From the NCBI GenBank assembly GCA_040285855.1, contig JAUFOQ010000001.1, forward strand, positions 2,914,001-2,978,000: a stretch of DNA of 64,000 nucleotides, read 5' to 3'. This DNA is from Eukaryota sp. GEM-RC1 (lineage: Eukaryota). A program made the position numbers and the translations under genes. Numbering within the stretch: the stretch's first letter is position 1; each line of letters begins with the position of its first letter. This document shows positions 24,065 through 37,849 of the stretch, in pieces. The notes below the pieces were generated by a model. The model searched no databases. It had not been told where the DNA came from and worked only from the letters and a program-made list of their open reading frames with translations.

Positions 24065-26803
24065 TTAGTTACTCTGAAATGGTCTCTTACGAAGGTTATC
24101 TATACATTTGTGTACTTGAACCAATACAGAAACACCAACACCAAACATCAATGACATTGTCCACAACTCCCACGGTAAAGGTTCTGTGTGGATCAATCTA
24201 TTCATAACGGGAGTGTATACTAGTAGTAGTTGGATGATCATTTGGACTATAACACCGATCAGCATCATCTTGTTTTTGAAGAAGCCTATTCTCAATGATG
24301 ATTTGGTAGTAGATCGACATCCAAACAAGTAGAAGGTTTCAACCATTACAAAGGTCGTGATGACAGCTGTGTTGGCTTGAACTAAACCAAATTGTTGTAA
24401 GGCGTATTCAAAAACAATGAAAGCGGAAGCAGTAAGATAAGCAGATACGATGAAGGTTCTGATCAAACTACTCTTGCTAAAAAGTGGAGAATCACGTCGT
24501 CTAGGTTTCATCTTCATTATACCCTTCTCAGCAGGTTCAAAGGCAAGCATTAGACCTAAGCAGACAGCTGTTACCATGTTGATGTAGAGGACATGAATAG
24601 GAAGAAGAGGTAAGTCCTGACCCAAGATTAGTGCAATAATGATGACAGAGCACTCTCCAGCATTGGTAGGAATGGTCCAAAGAATGAACTTAACCAGATT
24701 GGCAAAGACGGATCGTCCTTCTTCAACAGCATTGACAATGGTATCAAAAGCATCATCAGTTAAGACACAATCAGCAGCTTCCTTGGCAACATCAGTTCCA
24801 GCAAGACCCATAGCTACACCAATGTCAGCCTGTTTCAATGCAGGACTGTTGGTTGTATCAGCGCCAAACACTGTAACAACTTCACGTAGTCCTTGAAGAA
24901 TGTTAACAATACGAAGTTTGTGTTCAGGGGAAACACGAGCAAATACTTGAGTTGTCTTTACAACTTTGCGGAGTTGTTCATCAGTCATATCGTCCAACTC
25001 ATTTCCAGTAACAACATTGGTATCTTCCTTATGCGTGAGTCCGATTTCCTTGGCAATTGATAGGGCAGTTTTGGCGTGATCTCCGGTGAGCATTTTCACG
25101 GTGATTCCAGCAGATAAACAACAGGCAATGGCATCGAAAACAGTGGAACGAGGAGGATCATGGAAAGCTTGGAAACCTAAGAGACAAAGACCAGAAATAT
25201 CTTCATCTGTGAGCTTTTCTACAGGTTCTTCTAAAGTCTTTCTACAATGGGCAAGAACACGCAGACCCTTTTCAGCAGCCTTGTCAGCAGCAGCATTGAG
25301 TTGTTCACTCAATTCCTTGGTTAATTCCACTGGCCCTTCCTTAGACAAAATGTGAGTACAACGACCTTCCAGTTTACTTAAAGCACCTTTAACATGAAGA
25401 ATATAATCTTCATCTTTGTTCTTATTGAGAGTAGCCATGTACATGTGCTCAGAATTAAAGGGAATTTGAGCATAACGATGATCAGCGGCAAGCTTGGCTG
25501 AATCGATACCAGCTTTACTTGCTGCTACCAAAAGGCAACCTTCTGTGGGATCTCCAGTACACTTGTAATTACCGTTATCTTCATTGACAATGAAAGAATC
25601 ATTACAATAAGAACCAGTTTCTAAGACACTGATAACATGTTCGTTAATGTCTTCGATTGATCCTTCAGGAGCATATCCAACACCAGAAACTGCATGAGTC
25701 TTACCACAAGCATGAATATACCTTACAGTCATTTGGTTAGTAGTAAGTGTACCGGTTTTTCCAGAGCAAATTACTGAGGTAGTCCCAAAAGCTTCGACTG
25801 TTGAAGAATTTCGCATGATGGCATTTCTCTTGGCCATCTTCCAAACACCAATAGAAAGAGTAATTGACAACGCAGCATACATGCCAAAGGGGATAGCGGA
25901 AAAAGCCACAGCTGAAGAAGAACGGATTGATCCGACCCAGTCTAAATTAACACGATAGAAGGCCGATAAGTAGGACAAAACAGACAAAACAACAATGACA
26001 TAGAAGAGGCTATGTGTAAACTTTTGAATCTTTTCAGTCAATGGTGTTTTCTTCGAGTTGAACTTTGAATAACACTGAAGGTTGTTCCAATTTCAGCGTT
26101 ATCACCAGTTTTGGTTACAACTGCTACACCATCGCCTTCAGTAACGATGGTAGAAGAGAATCCCATGTTCTTTGGAATTCCTAGTGCCCTCTCTTCCTCT
26201 AGAGGAGAAGTCATTTTCAATACAGGATCAGATTCTCCAGTAAGGGCCGATTCATCAATAGACAAGTCATTGGCTTCAAGAATACGGCAATCAGCGGGAA
26301 CCCGCTGCCCAGTTCTCAAGTACATGATATCACCGGGAACAAGTTCTGTAGCATCAATTTGAACCTGTTGACCATCTCTTTTGACTGAAACTCGAGGAGA
26401 AAACGCATTTGAGATACTTGAAACTGAAACAGCGGTCCTCCACTCTTGAAACACGGAAAAAACAACATAACCAATAATAACAACATACAGAAGACTTGAA
26501 TCAGCCTTATTGAAGAAAAGAGAGACACATGCAAAAACAAGGATCAAATAAAAAAGAGGTTGTTGAAAACGACGTAGTATTAGTGAAAACAAACTATTGG
26601 CTTTAGCAGTTGATGGTAGATTTCCGCTATAACGTGATCGCGATGAAAGAACTGAGGAGGAGGATAGTCCTTGTTCCAGGCAGACATTGAAGAAGGCAAG
26701 ACAATCCTCGGTGCTTAGAGTTTGAAACAGTGTCTTAGATTGGTCTAACGTGAAGGATGCAACATACATTTGTGTCTGAATCTGCACTAAAAGAATCAGA
26801 CAT
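24065..26803 (-). CDS. P-type ATPase copy 3, predicted catalytically dead (DKTGT>GKTGT, PEGL>PFGM, TGDGTND>FGADTTN)
   Basis: Exon 1 (26803-26768) encodes MSDSFSADSDTN. 34-nt intron at 26734-26767. One A-run frameshift at ~26045 joins the two ORFs. Confidence 0.85.
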
Positions 26804-27249
26804 GATCTTCTCAAGAAGAACAAAATAGTGTGAATAATGAAGCAAATCATTTCATCCTGTCAAAGACTCAACACAGACTGTGTTATACAGTGCTCGTTAT
26901 CTACACAAATGCACTCAGCAACTCAAATTCTTACACTTAACGAATGGGTGCTAATATTGAACAGCCAATAGTAATAGGTAGCCACTCATTACAACAGAAG
27001 ATGTGATAGTGAGATCTATCATTTCAAACGACGGACACTCGTAAAAATCGTTGGCTATTCCATCATTTAATCAAATCAATTATTGTCCGAATGTGGAGAT
27101 TCCTCCAGATAGGACAAATCTTTGAGATTCCTTTTTAATTAAGAATTATTCCTAGTCATGTTTCTCGGTTATTAAGCTGAAGGATACGATCACGTACTTC
27201 TTTGTGAAATGGAAGACAATCTATCAAAACAATATACATTTATTATTAA

Positions 27250-29998
27250 TTAACGGTAGTTACTCTGAAGTCGTCTCTTATGAAGGTTATCTAAATACTT
27301 GTGAACTTGAACCAATACAGAAACACCAACACCAAACATCAATGACATTGTCCACAACTCCCATGGTAAAGGTTCTGTGTGGAACAATCTATTCATAACG
27401 GGAGTGTATACTAGTAGTAGTTGGATGATCATTTGAATAGCAACACCAGTCAGGATCATCTTGTTTTTGAAGAAGCCTATTTTCAATGATGATTTGGTGG
27501 TAGATCGACATCCAAACAAGTAGAAGGTTTCAACCATTACGAAGGTCGTGATGACAGCTGTGTTTGCTTGAACTAAACCAAATTGTTGTAAGGCGTATTC
27601 AAACACAATGAAAGCAGAAGCAGTTTGATACGCAGAGACGATGAATGTTCTGATCAAATTACTTCTTGTAAAGAGTGGAGCACCACGTCGTCTAGGTTTC
27701 ATCTTCATTATACCCTTCTCAGAAGGTTCAAAGGCAAGCATTAGACCTAAGCAGACTGCTGTTACCATGTTGATGTAGAGGACATGAATAGGAAGAAGAG
27801 GTAAGTCTTGACCCAAAATTAGTGCAATAATGATGACAGAGCACTCTCCAGCATTGGTAGGAATGGTCCAAATGATGAACTTAACGAGATTGGCAAAGAA
27901 GGATCGTCCTTCTTCAACAGCATTGACAATGGTATCAAAAGCATCATCAGTTAAGACACAATCAGCAGCTTCCTTGGCAACATCAGTTCCAGCAAGACCC
28001 ATAGCTACACCAATGTCAGCATGTTTCAATGCAGGACTGTCATTAGTACCACTACCAGTAACAGCAACAACTTCACCTTGTCCTTGGAGAATATTAACAA
28101 TACGAAGTTTGTGTTCAGGAGAAACACGAGCAAATACTTGAGTGACCTTTACTACTTTGCGGAGTTGTTCATCAGTCATATCGTCCAACTCATTTCCAGT
28201 AACAACATTGGTATCTTCCTTATGAGTAAGTCCGATTTCCTTGGCAATTGATAGGGCAGTTTTGGCGTGATCTCCGGTGAGCATTTTCACGGTGATTCCA
28301 GCAGATAAACAACAGGCAATGGCATCGAAAACAGTGGAACGTGGAGGATCATAGAGAGCTTGGAAACCCAAGAGACAAAGACCAGAAATATCTTCATCTG
28401 TGAGCTTTTCTACAGGTTCTTCTAAAGTCTTTCTACAATGGGCAAGAACACGCAGACCGTTTTCAGCAGCCTTGTCAGCAGCAGTATTGAGTTGTTCACT
28501 TAATTCCTTGGTCAGTTCAATTGGTCCTTCCTTAGACAAAATGTGAGTACAACGACCTTCGAGTCTACCCAAAGCACCTTTAACATGAAGAATATACTCT
28601 TCATCTTTGTTCTTATTGAGAGTAGCCATGTACATGTGCTCAGAACTAAAGGGAATTTGAGCATAACGATGATCAGCGGTAAGCTTGGCAGAGTCAATTC
28701 CAGCTTTACTTGCTGAAACCAAAAGGCAACCTTCTGTGGGATCTCCAGTACATTTGTAATTACCGTTATCTTCGTGGACAATGAAAGAATCATTACAATA
28801 AGCACCAGTTTCTAAGACACTGATAACATGTTCGTTAATGTCTTCGATTGATCCTTCAGGAGCATATCCAACACCAGAAACTGCATGATTCTTACCACAA
28901 ACATACACACCATTAACAGTCATTTGGTTAGCTGTAAGGACGCCAGTTTTAGCAGAGCAAATTACTGAGGTGGATCCAAGAGTTTGAACAACTGGTACAA
29001 CACGGATGATGGCATTCCTTTTGAATATACGATGAACACCGATAGAAAGCAGGGTTATCAAAAATACTGGAAGTTCATATGGAACAACAGAAAAGGCAAC
29101 GGCTACAGCAGAACGCAGTGAATCTATTCCGCCCTTATTAGCACCATAATAGGACAAAAGGTAAGAAACAATCGATATTAATACAATGAAACATGACAGA
29201 TTAATAACAAATCGCTCAATTTTTTCAGTCAGAGGGGTTTTAATCTGGTGACGAGGAAGAATCAAATGATTTATCTTACCATATTCCGTCCTATCACCAG
29301 TTTCAGTTACAACAGCTAGACCACAACCGTTTGAGACCATGGTAGCTAGGAATCCCATATTCTTACGGTCATACAGAGGACTCTTTTCTTGGAGAGGAGA
29401 AGTGGCTTTAACTGCAGCAAAAGCTTCGCCAGTGAGCTCAGACTCATCAATTGACAAACAATTTGCTTCCAAAATACGACAGTCAGCGGGAACTCGCTGT
29501 CCAGCTCTCAAGTATATGATATCACCAGGAACAAGATCTAATGAATCAATTTCATGTGTTTGTCCAGCTCTCTTGACAACAACACGCGATTTATCCACAT
29601 TTGAGATCTTTGACAGTAGTGCATTTTGTTTACATGAAAGAAAAGCGGCAAACAGAACATGAGCAGCAATTGACACATAAAGAAGAAGGGAATCAACGTT
29701 ATCGACGAAAAGAGTGACTGTGGCATAAACAAGGATCAAATACACAAACATGTGATGAAACTGTGCTCTTATTTCAGAAAACAAACTCTTCTCTGAAACA
29801 GTTGAGAGTACATTTCGGCCATAACGTGATCGAGATGAAAGAACTGAGGATGAAGATAGTCCTTGTTCTATGGAAACATTGAAGAAGGCAAGGCAATCCT
29901 CAGTGCTTAGAGCATGAAACAATGTCTTAGATTGGTCTAATGAAATGACTGCAACATACTTTTGAGTTTACAACTGCTTTTGAAGAGTCGTCAGGCAT
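27250..29998 (-). CDS. P-type ATPase copy 4, predicted catalytically dead (DKTGT>AKTGV, TGES>TGEA, PEGL>PYEL, TGDG>TGSG)
   Basis: Uninterrupted ORF after a 34-nt intron (29926-29959). Exon 1 encodes MPDDSSKAVVNSK. Confidence 0.9.
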
Positions 29999-30624
29999 TA
30001 GTGATGACGAGCCAAAAATTATGAAGTCACATCATTAGCTCAACTTTTTCAATGCCATGCGGCGATGGCGCATGGATAATGTAATGGTGTTCGGATTGCA
30101 TCTGGAAATGACAATTATTTTATTATGGATTGAACTGAGTTCATATACACGTAACATTGCGTATGCATCTGGATTCAGTGTTTGTAATAACATGTGTGTG
30201 TTCTTAAACAGATCATCAATGTTTACATGACATTGGTTTGATTTAAATGCAACACTCGGCTAACCGTCATTAATGAAACAAAGATAGCCAGAGAACAAAA
30301 TTGGTAGCGATTCTGTCAAGTCAGTGTTAATATGGGTTTAATTGATAATCTTTTTGCAGAATTGCACTCAGTTTAACAACACATGTGAACACGTTATAAC
30401 TAGAAAATGCCACATGACATAAAAACACAGATCAAATGGAAGTTGTGGCATTATGATACAACAGCCAACATTCCATCTGAGATGCAGAATACTCAACAAT
30501 GCAAGGTACTAATCTTAAGGAAGATGATCATTGCAAAGAACTACACCATGCGTGGTGTTTCAGTATCCATTTGTCTTGGAAAACAATTCTTGAATGTTGT
30601 TTATCGACAATGAAAACTCTGCTA

Positions 30625-31635
30625 CACCGATTGTTTCAATTAATCTCACTGAGACTAATTATTTCGCACTTGTTTTAGTCTCACTAAATACATTTACATC
30701 CATATGTGTCAATGACATCATTTTTCTTTGAAAAACTTTCTCACTAAATCAAGTTACCAATCTCTTTAACAATTTTAAGATTTTTTAAAATCTGCCCTTG
30801 ATACTTCTGTGTTTTTTTACGATTTCTTGAAGATCAATGGTCAACTTACATTCATGCCAAACTCCCGTATCATCTCCAAATGGATCGTAGAAGATGCTCT
30901 GGTACGAATAATACCAGAGGAGGTGATTTAGAGTGATGAGGTGGGAATCATACGGGGTAATTAAGGTTTAATCTTGATCTTATCAGTATAAAAGTTGTTC
31001 TAACTTTCACAGCCTATTCAATCATTTGTATTTTTGTTGCGTCTTGCTCATAAAAAGCGACAACATTAATATTTGTAAATTAAAAATTGATACTCGCATA
31101 TCGGAATTAGTATCATTGAGACTACTTTCTAGCAGTGTTCGAAAATTTTCCACCCGGACGCCACCCGGGTGGTGGGTGGAACCGGGTGGCGTCCGGGTGA
31201 GTTTTCATTTCCACCCGGGTGGTCACCGGGTGGCAATAAAGTACGAGACATAAGTTTTGGTGCAAAACTACTTTATACACCATATACAATGAAACTGAAA
31301 GTACTTTAGCAGTGTGTGATATAAAATAACTAACAATGAAGTACTTTGTTTAGGTTTGGGATTAGAAAAACCCTCTGAAAAATAAATAAATAAATAAGAT
31401 GATATTAGCCTCTCCGAGCCTAGAAATACCTCCAGTTAAAATAATTGTATTCAGGACACGTTGAACAACGAAGTATGTATTCAGGAAGTCATGGATTGAA
31501 GATGATGGTAAGACCAAAATTATCCACCCAGTACCACCCAGACACCACCCGGGTGGTGGGTGGCACCGGGTGGCACCCGGGTGGTTTTCAAACACTGCTT
31601 TCTAGTGAAACTACATGTAATTGAAACAATCGGTG
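30625..31635. mobile_element. Tc1/pogo-type MITE containing a nested hAT MITE
   Basis: TIR CACCGATTGTTTCAATTA with TA flanks. The TCTCACTGAGACTAATT motif is shared with 44769-49141. Confidence 0.88.
31133..31597. mobile_element. hAT-like MITE
   Basis: TIR CAGTGTT(C/T)GAAAA. Perfect 8-bp TSD CTTTCTAG. CACCCGGGTGG subterminal repeats. Confidence 0.92.
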
Positions 31636-32351
31636 TAATATTCCAGCCATATTGCTACTTTAGGTTTTAGTGTTCTCTCTGTGTGTGTTTCTGAAATGAG
31701 TCAAGACAATTTCAACATTGATACAGAAACACATTAACGTGTGACGAAATATGGCTCATGTGTTGACACAATCACAATCAATCAATCACAATCAATCAAT
31801 CAGAGCTATTACTGTGAAGTCGTCTCGAATTGAGTTTTCTACCCGTGCAACTTGGAATTGGAATATTTAGGATAACTTAATCACCACAAATTAACATCAC
31901 ATTGTAATAGAATTTAAATCACATGTTCGAATTGTGGATGTATAATTGAGTAGAAAACAGACTCATTTCATTTGAGTCTGGTACCAACACTCAACCTGAC
32001 CCCACTAGACTTTGCTGCAAGCTACGCTTATCTTAGAAGCTATTTACAATTCCCAATAATGGAACTGGAAGCAAATGCTATTTTCCCTGTCCCCTTTCAC
32101 GAACTCTTTTCTCTAAGGAAACGAAACAACTTGGTTCAACTAAGCATCAAAATGATTGGTCTCTGACGGAATCCCTGTTCAGTGAATCAGACTCAAGTAA
32201 GTCGTAGACTAGACTAGTTTTCTCAAAGCATTGTAAACACGTGTTCGCGTGATCATTTTGACCGTTTTTGTCAAACACTGTAAATCAACAAATGTCTACA
32301 GTAGAGAAGAATTCAAGAATCATCTGATTAGGCCAGTTTCTTTGAATCCGT

Positions 32352-34230
32352 ATGGTATGAACACAATACGATGTTCTAACTGAAGTGTGGCATCTTTGGC
32401 TTTATTGGAACCAACCTCCTTCCACATAGCATCTTAGTTGAAGCCTTATATTGTCTTGAATATCGTGGATATGACTCAGCTGGCTTGGGAATGATAACAG
32501 AGAAAGATGGCTTGTGTTTTGCCAAGGCCAAAGGTCGCATTGAAAGTCTTGACAAATTGCTTTCCAAGCATCCTCTTCAAGGTGATGTTGGTATTGCTCA
32601 CACCCGCTGGGCAACTCACGGTAAACCCTCAGAACTCAACGCTCATCCTCATTTAGACTCCACTCTCAAATTTGCCGTCGTCCACAATGGTATCATTGAA
32701 AACTGTGAACAACTTAAGGAGGAACTCATATCCAAAGGCCATACTGACTTGATAGAATCAGAAACTGATACCGCTGTCATTCCTTATCTTATTGCTGCAG
32801 AGTATGCGGAAACTCTTGATCTAGTACTCTCTGTTCAAAGAGCTGCTGTGAAGCTAGTTGGGAGTTTTAGTCTTGCTGTGATTTGCCAAGACGAGCCCAA
32901 TACTCTAATTGCTGTCAGACACCAAAGCCCTCTCATCATTGGCTTGTCCGATTCTCAAACATACATTACCTCTGATGTATCCGCTATTCTCAAGTATACT
33001 AAGAACACGTACTGTCTCAATGATAATGAAATGGCTGTTCTTGGCAAGAATTCTGTTCGTATTATTGATATCGTTTCTGGAAAGACTGTGGAAAAGGCAG
33101 TAACTGTGATTGAGTGGGATTATGTTCAAGCTACAAAGAATGGGTTTGAACACTACATGCTAAAGGAAATATACGAGCAGCCCCAATCAATCAAAGATAC
33201 GCTAGCTTTGCGCATTATTGACAACAAAGTTGTTCTCAAAGAAATCAACTTGTCCCGTGATCATCTTTGTAAAGTCAACAAAATTCACATCGTTGCATGT
33301 GGAACAGCCATGCATGCTGGCCTTGTAGGACTCTCACTCATCCGTTCATGTGCTAGAATCACTTGTATTGCGGAGGTGGCTTCAGAGTTCCGATACAGTA
33401 ATCCCATTCTAGACTCCAACTCCTTAGTCATTATAGTTTCTCAAAGTGGTGAAACTGCAGATTCTTTGGCCGCATTGAGAGAAGCAAAACGTCTAGGTGC
33501 ACACGTCATTGGAATTACCAATGTGGTGGGATCTTCTGTACATCGTGAATCAGATAGCGTCATCCTTACTCGTTCTGGACCAGAGGTGAGCGTAGCCTCC
33601 ACCAAAGCGTATACCGCAATGCTGGCAGTCTTTTACCTCATCGCACTTCATCTTGCAGACATATATGGAACCATGCCTTCTGATGTCATTGCTTCTTGTG
33701 TAGAAGAACTCCTTAAACTCCCTCAAATAACTCAAGACACCTTGAAAATAGCAGAACAGATGGAGATGTATGCAAAGTACATTATCTCCCAACCAACTGC
33801 CTTCTTTGTTGGGAGAGGATTGGACTTCTGTGTTGCAGTTGAAGGTTCCCTGAAGCTGAAGGAAATTTCTTATATCCATTCTGAGGCCTAAGCTGCTGGC
33901 GAACTGAAGCATGGAACGTTGGCTCTTATTCAAGAAGGTACTCCTGTTGTCTCGTTGATAACACAAAAGCATCTCTTTGATAAGACGATATCCAACATTA
34001 AGGAAATTGCTGCTCGTGGTGGCCATATCTTTGGCGTTGTGTCAGTTGAGAACTCTTCAAATATACAAAAGTATGTTGATGATTTCTTAGTATTGCCGGA
34101 AATGGACCAGTTTTTCTCTCCACTTGCTTCTGTTATTCCACTGCAGCTGTTGGCATACTATTGCGCGGTTGGTTTGGGAAATGATGTTGATAAGCCTAGG
34201 AATTTAGCTAAGAGCGTTACTGTAGAGTAG
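32352..34230 (+). CDS. glmS: Glutamine-fructose-6-phosphate aminotransferase, bacterial type; in-frame TAA at 33889-33891
   Basis: ATG at 32352 plus intron 32355-32385 gives MCGIFG. Motifs LEYRGYDSAG, GIAHTRWATHG, SQSGET, VASTKA, ELKHG and terminal PRNLAKSVTVE. About 615 aa. Confidence 0.92.
32355..32385 (+). other. Spliceosomal intron, 31 nt, directly after the start codon
   Basis: GTATGA...CTAAC-TGAAG. Splicing yields the invariant Met-Cys-Gly-Ile N-terminus. Confidence 0.9.
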
Positions 34231-34746
34231 AAGGATGTCATCCATTGAATTTCGGAAGTATCTGTTGTAAGAATAAATGAATATTGTTGAAAATAGATGT
34301 ACACTTGAAGTATTTCTTCTAAAAAATATACTTTTTTAACTGTGAAATGATGAATCGATGTGACCAATTACTTAGTATGACGACAAAATGGCAGTATCAA
34401 AGATTTTGCGATTTAAAGAAAATAATGAGTTTAGGTACACAATGAAATCCCACGAATCATGGCCCTGAAAGAAATATAGTGACACTAAATTGTATAGAAG
34501 ACTACAAAAACCACTCTAGAAGATTCATCAGACATCTAGCAAATGGGTATTCGGTCGCCTTTCTATACCAAGAATGGCTTTTGCTGAAATAGACTTGTAG
34601 TTCAAGAAAGAATCTAAAGAAAAAAGCCAATTTTCCTTGTGGTCGCTGTGACTTACTGAGTTTGTCTTGACTCAAGTGGACTTGCGGTTCCACGTGACTC
34701 CATTCGTTGACAGCTCTAGAACAAAACATTGTACATTTATTATTAA

Positions 34747-37486
34747 TTAGTTTGATTGAAGTCTCTTACGAAGGTTATCTAAACACTTGTGTACTTGAAC
34801 CAATACAGAAACACCAACACCAAACAACCAGGGCATTGTCCACAACTCCCATGGTAAAGGTTCTGTGTGGAACAATCTATTCATAATGGGAGTGTTCACT
34901 AGTAGTACTTGTATGATCATTTGAATAGCAACACCGATCAGGATCATCTTGTTTTTGAAGAAGCCTATTTTCAGTGATGATTTGGTAGTAGAACGACACT
35001 CAAACAAGTAGAAGGTTTCAACCATTACAAAAGTGTTGATCACAGCAGTGTTTGCTTCACTTACAGTATAGTGTTGTAAGGCGTATTCAAACACGACAAA
35101 AGCAGCAGTTGTAAGATAGGCAGACACCATGATGGTCCTGAATACATTACTGCTGGTAAAGAGTGGAGCATCACATCGTCGAGGTTTCATCTTCATTATT
35201 CCTCTCTCAGCAGGTTCAAAGGCAAGCATTAGACCTAAGCAGACAGCTGTTACCATGTTGATGTAGAGGACATGAATAGGAAGAAGAGGTAAGTCTTGAC
35301 CCAAGATTAGTGCAATAATGATGACAGAACACTCTCCAGCATTGGTGGGAATAGTCCAAAGGATGAACTTAACGAGATTGGCAAAAACAGATCGTCCTTC
35401 TTCAACAGCATTGACAATGGTATCAAAAGCATCATCAGTTAAAACACAATCAGCAGCTTCCTTGGCAACATCAGTTCCAGCAAGACCCATAGCTACACCA
35501 ATGTCAGCCTGTTTCAATGCAGGACTGTTGGTTGAATCAGCGCCAAACACTGCAACAACTTCACCTTGTCCTTGAAGAATATTAACAATACGAAGTTTGT
35601 GTTCAGGAGAAACACGAACAAATACTTGAGTGACCTTTACTGCTTTGCGGAGTTGTTGATCAGTCATATCGTCCAACTGATTTCCAGTAACAACGTTGGT
35701 ATCTTCCTTATGAGTGAGTCCGATTTCCTTGGCAATTGATAGGGCAGTTTTGGCGTGATCTCCAGTGAGCATTTTCACGGTGATTCCAGCAGATAAACAA
35801 CAGGCAATTGCATCAAAAACAGTGGAACGAGGAGGATCATAGAGGGCTTGGAAACCCAAAAGACAAAGACCAGAAATATCTTCATCTGTTAGTTTTTCAA
35901 CAGGTTCATCTAAAGTCTTTCTACAAAGAGCAAGAACACGCAGACCTTTCTCAGCAGCATTGTCAGCAGCAGCATTGAGTTGTTCACTTAATTCCTTTGT
36001 CAATTCAACTGGTCCTTCGTTAGACAAAATGTGAGTACAACGACCTTCTAGTTTACTTAAAGCACCCTTAACATGAAGAATATACTCTTCATCTTTGTTC
36101 TTGTTGAGAGTAGCCATGTACATGTGCTCAGAATTAAAGGGAATTTGAGCATAGCGATGATCAGCGGAAAGCTTGGCAGAGACAATTCCAGCTTTACTTG
36201 CTGCTACCAAAAGGCAACCTTCTGTAGGATCTCCAGTACACTTGTAATTACCGTTATCTTCGTGGACAATGAAAGAATCATTACAATAAGCACCAGTTTC
36301 TAAGACACTGATAACATGTTCGTTAATGTCTTCGATTGACCCTTCAGGAGCATATCCAACACCAGAAACTACATGTGTCTTGCCACAAACATAAACAGCC
36401 TTAACAGTCATTTGGTTAGTAGTAAGTGTACCGGTCTTATCAGAACAAATTACTGAGGTTGATCCAAGAGCTTCAACAGCTGGTAGAACACGGATGATGG
36501 CATTTCTCTTGGCCATCCTCCAAACACCAATAGAAAGAGTGATTGTGAACGCAACAGGCATGCCAAATGGGATAGCAGAAACAGCAACAGCTAAAGCAGA
36601 ACGGAACGACCTATCACGGTACATATCAGCACGATAGAAAGCCAGTAGGTAGGATATTAGATATAAGACAACAATGACATGGAAGAGGTTGTTTGCAAAC
36701 TTTTCAATTTCAGCCATTAAAGGAGTTTTAATCTCAGTTGAAGTTTGAATAAGGTGATTAATCTTTCCGATCTCAGTGTGGTCACCAGTTTCAGTAACAA
36801 CAGCTAGACCAGCACCTCTTGTGATGATGGTAGAAGAGAAACCCATGTTCTTGCGATTACCTAGAGCAATCCTTTCTTCGAGAGGAGAAGTCATTTTCAT
36901 CTCAGGAACAGATTCTCCAGTGAGGGCGGATTCATCAATAGACAAGTCATTGGCTTCAAGAATTCGGCAATCGGCGGGAACTCGCTGACCAGTCGTTAAG
37001 TAAACAATGTCACCAGGAACGAGTTCTACAGCATCAATTTCAACTCGTTGACCATCTCTCTTGACTAAAACTGGAGGAGTAAATGCACTTGAGATACTTG
37101 AAACTGAAACAGCTGTCCTCCACTCTTGAAACACGGAAAACACAACATAACCAATAGCAACAACATACAGTAGACTTGAATCAGCCTTATTGAAGAAAAG
37201 AGAGATACATGCAAAAACAAAGACCAAATAAACAAGAGGTTGTTGAAAACGACGGAATACTATTGAAAGCAAACTTTTGCCTTTAGCAGTTGAGAGTACA
37301 TTTCCACCATAACGTGATCGTGATGCAAGAACTGAGGATGAAGATAGTCCTTGTTCTAGGGAAACATTGAAGAAGGCAAGGCAATCCTCAGCGCTTAGAG
37401 TATGAAACAATGTCTTAGATTGGTCTAACGTGAAGGATGGAACATACTTTTCTCGTCATAACTGTATTTGAAGATCCATCAGCCAT
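34747..37486 (-). CDS. P-type ATPase copy 5, predicted impaired (DKTGT kept; PEGL>PFGM, TGDGTND>FGADSTN)
   Basis: Uninterrupted ORF after a 34-nt intron (37414-37447). Exon 1 encodes MADGSSNTVMTRK. Confidence 0.9.
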
Positions 37487-37849
37487 GAAGATGAACCAAA
37501 ATAATTTTGATTCCCAAAAATCTATTCACAGCCAGCTATATCACAGGCTGCTTAAGATAAATCAGACCAGTGAATAAACCAACTGCAACTCTAATCATAT
37601 GCGTATGCGATAGGGGATCTCTACGGTATTTAGCAGTGTAGTATATGAAAAGCCATAACGGCAGTTTAAGTTGAAATGTATATCATTGTGTACGTTGTAA
37701 TGAGATGAAAGTATGAACTTCGGAAAACGCAAAAGCAGACTGTGGAGATTAATCAAAATTCGTCAAATATCCAGACACATTTCGAAAACTGATATTAAAC
37801 AAAAAAAATGTATGAGTCAAACGATATTGTTGACCAAAAGTTGAATAGA

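Noticed and set aside
32150..32351. glmS ribozyme upstream of glmS
   Set aside because: No recognisable conserved ribozyme core. An Rfam/Infernal scan would be definitive.
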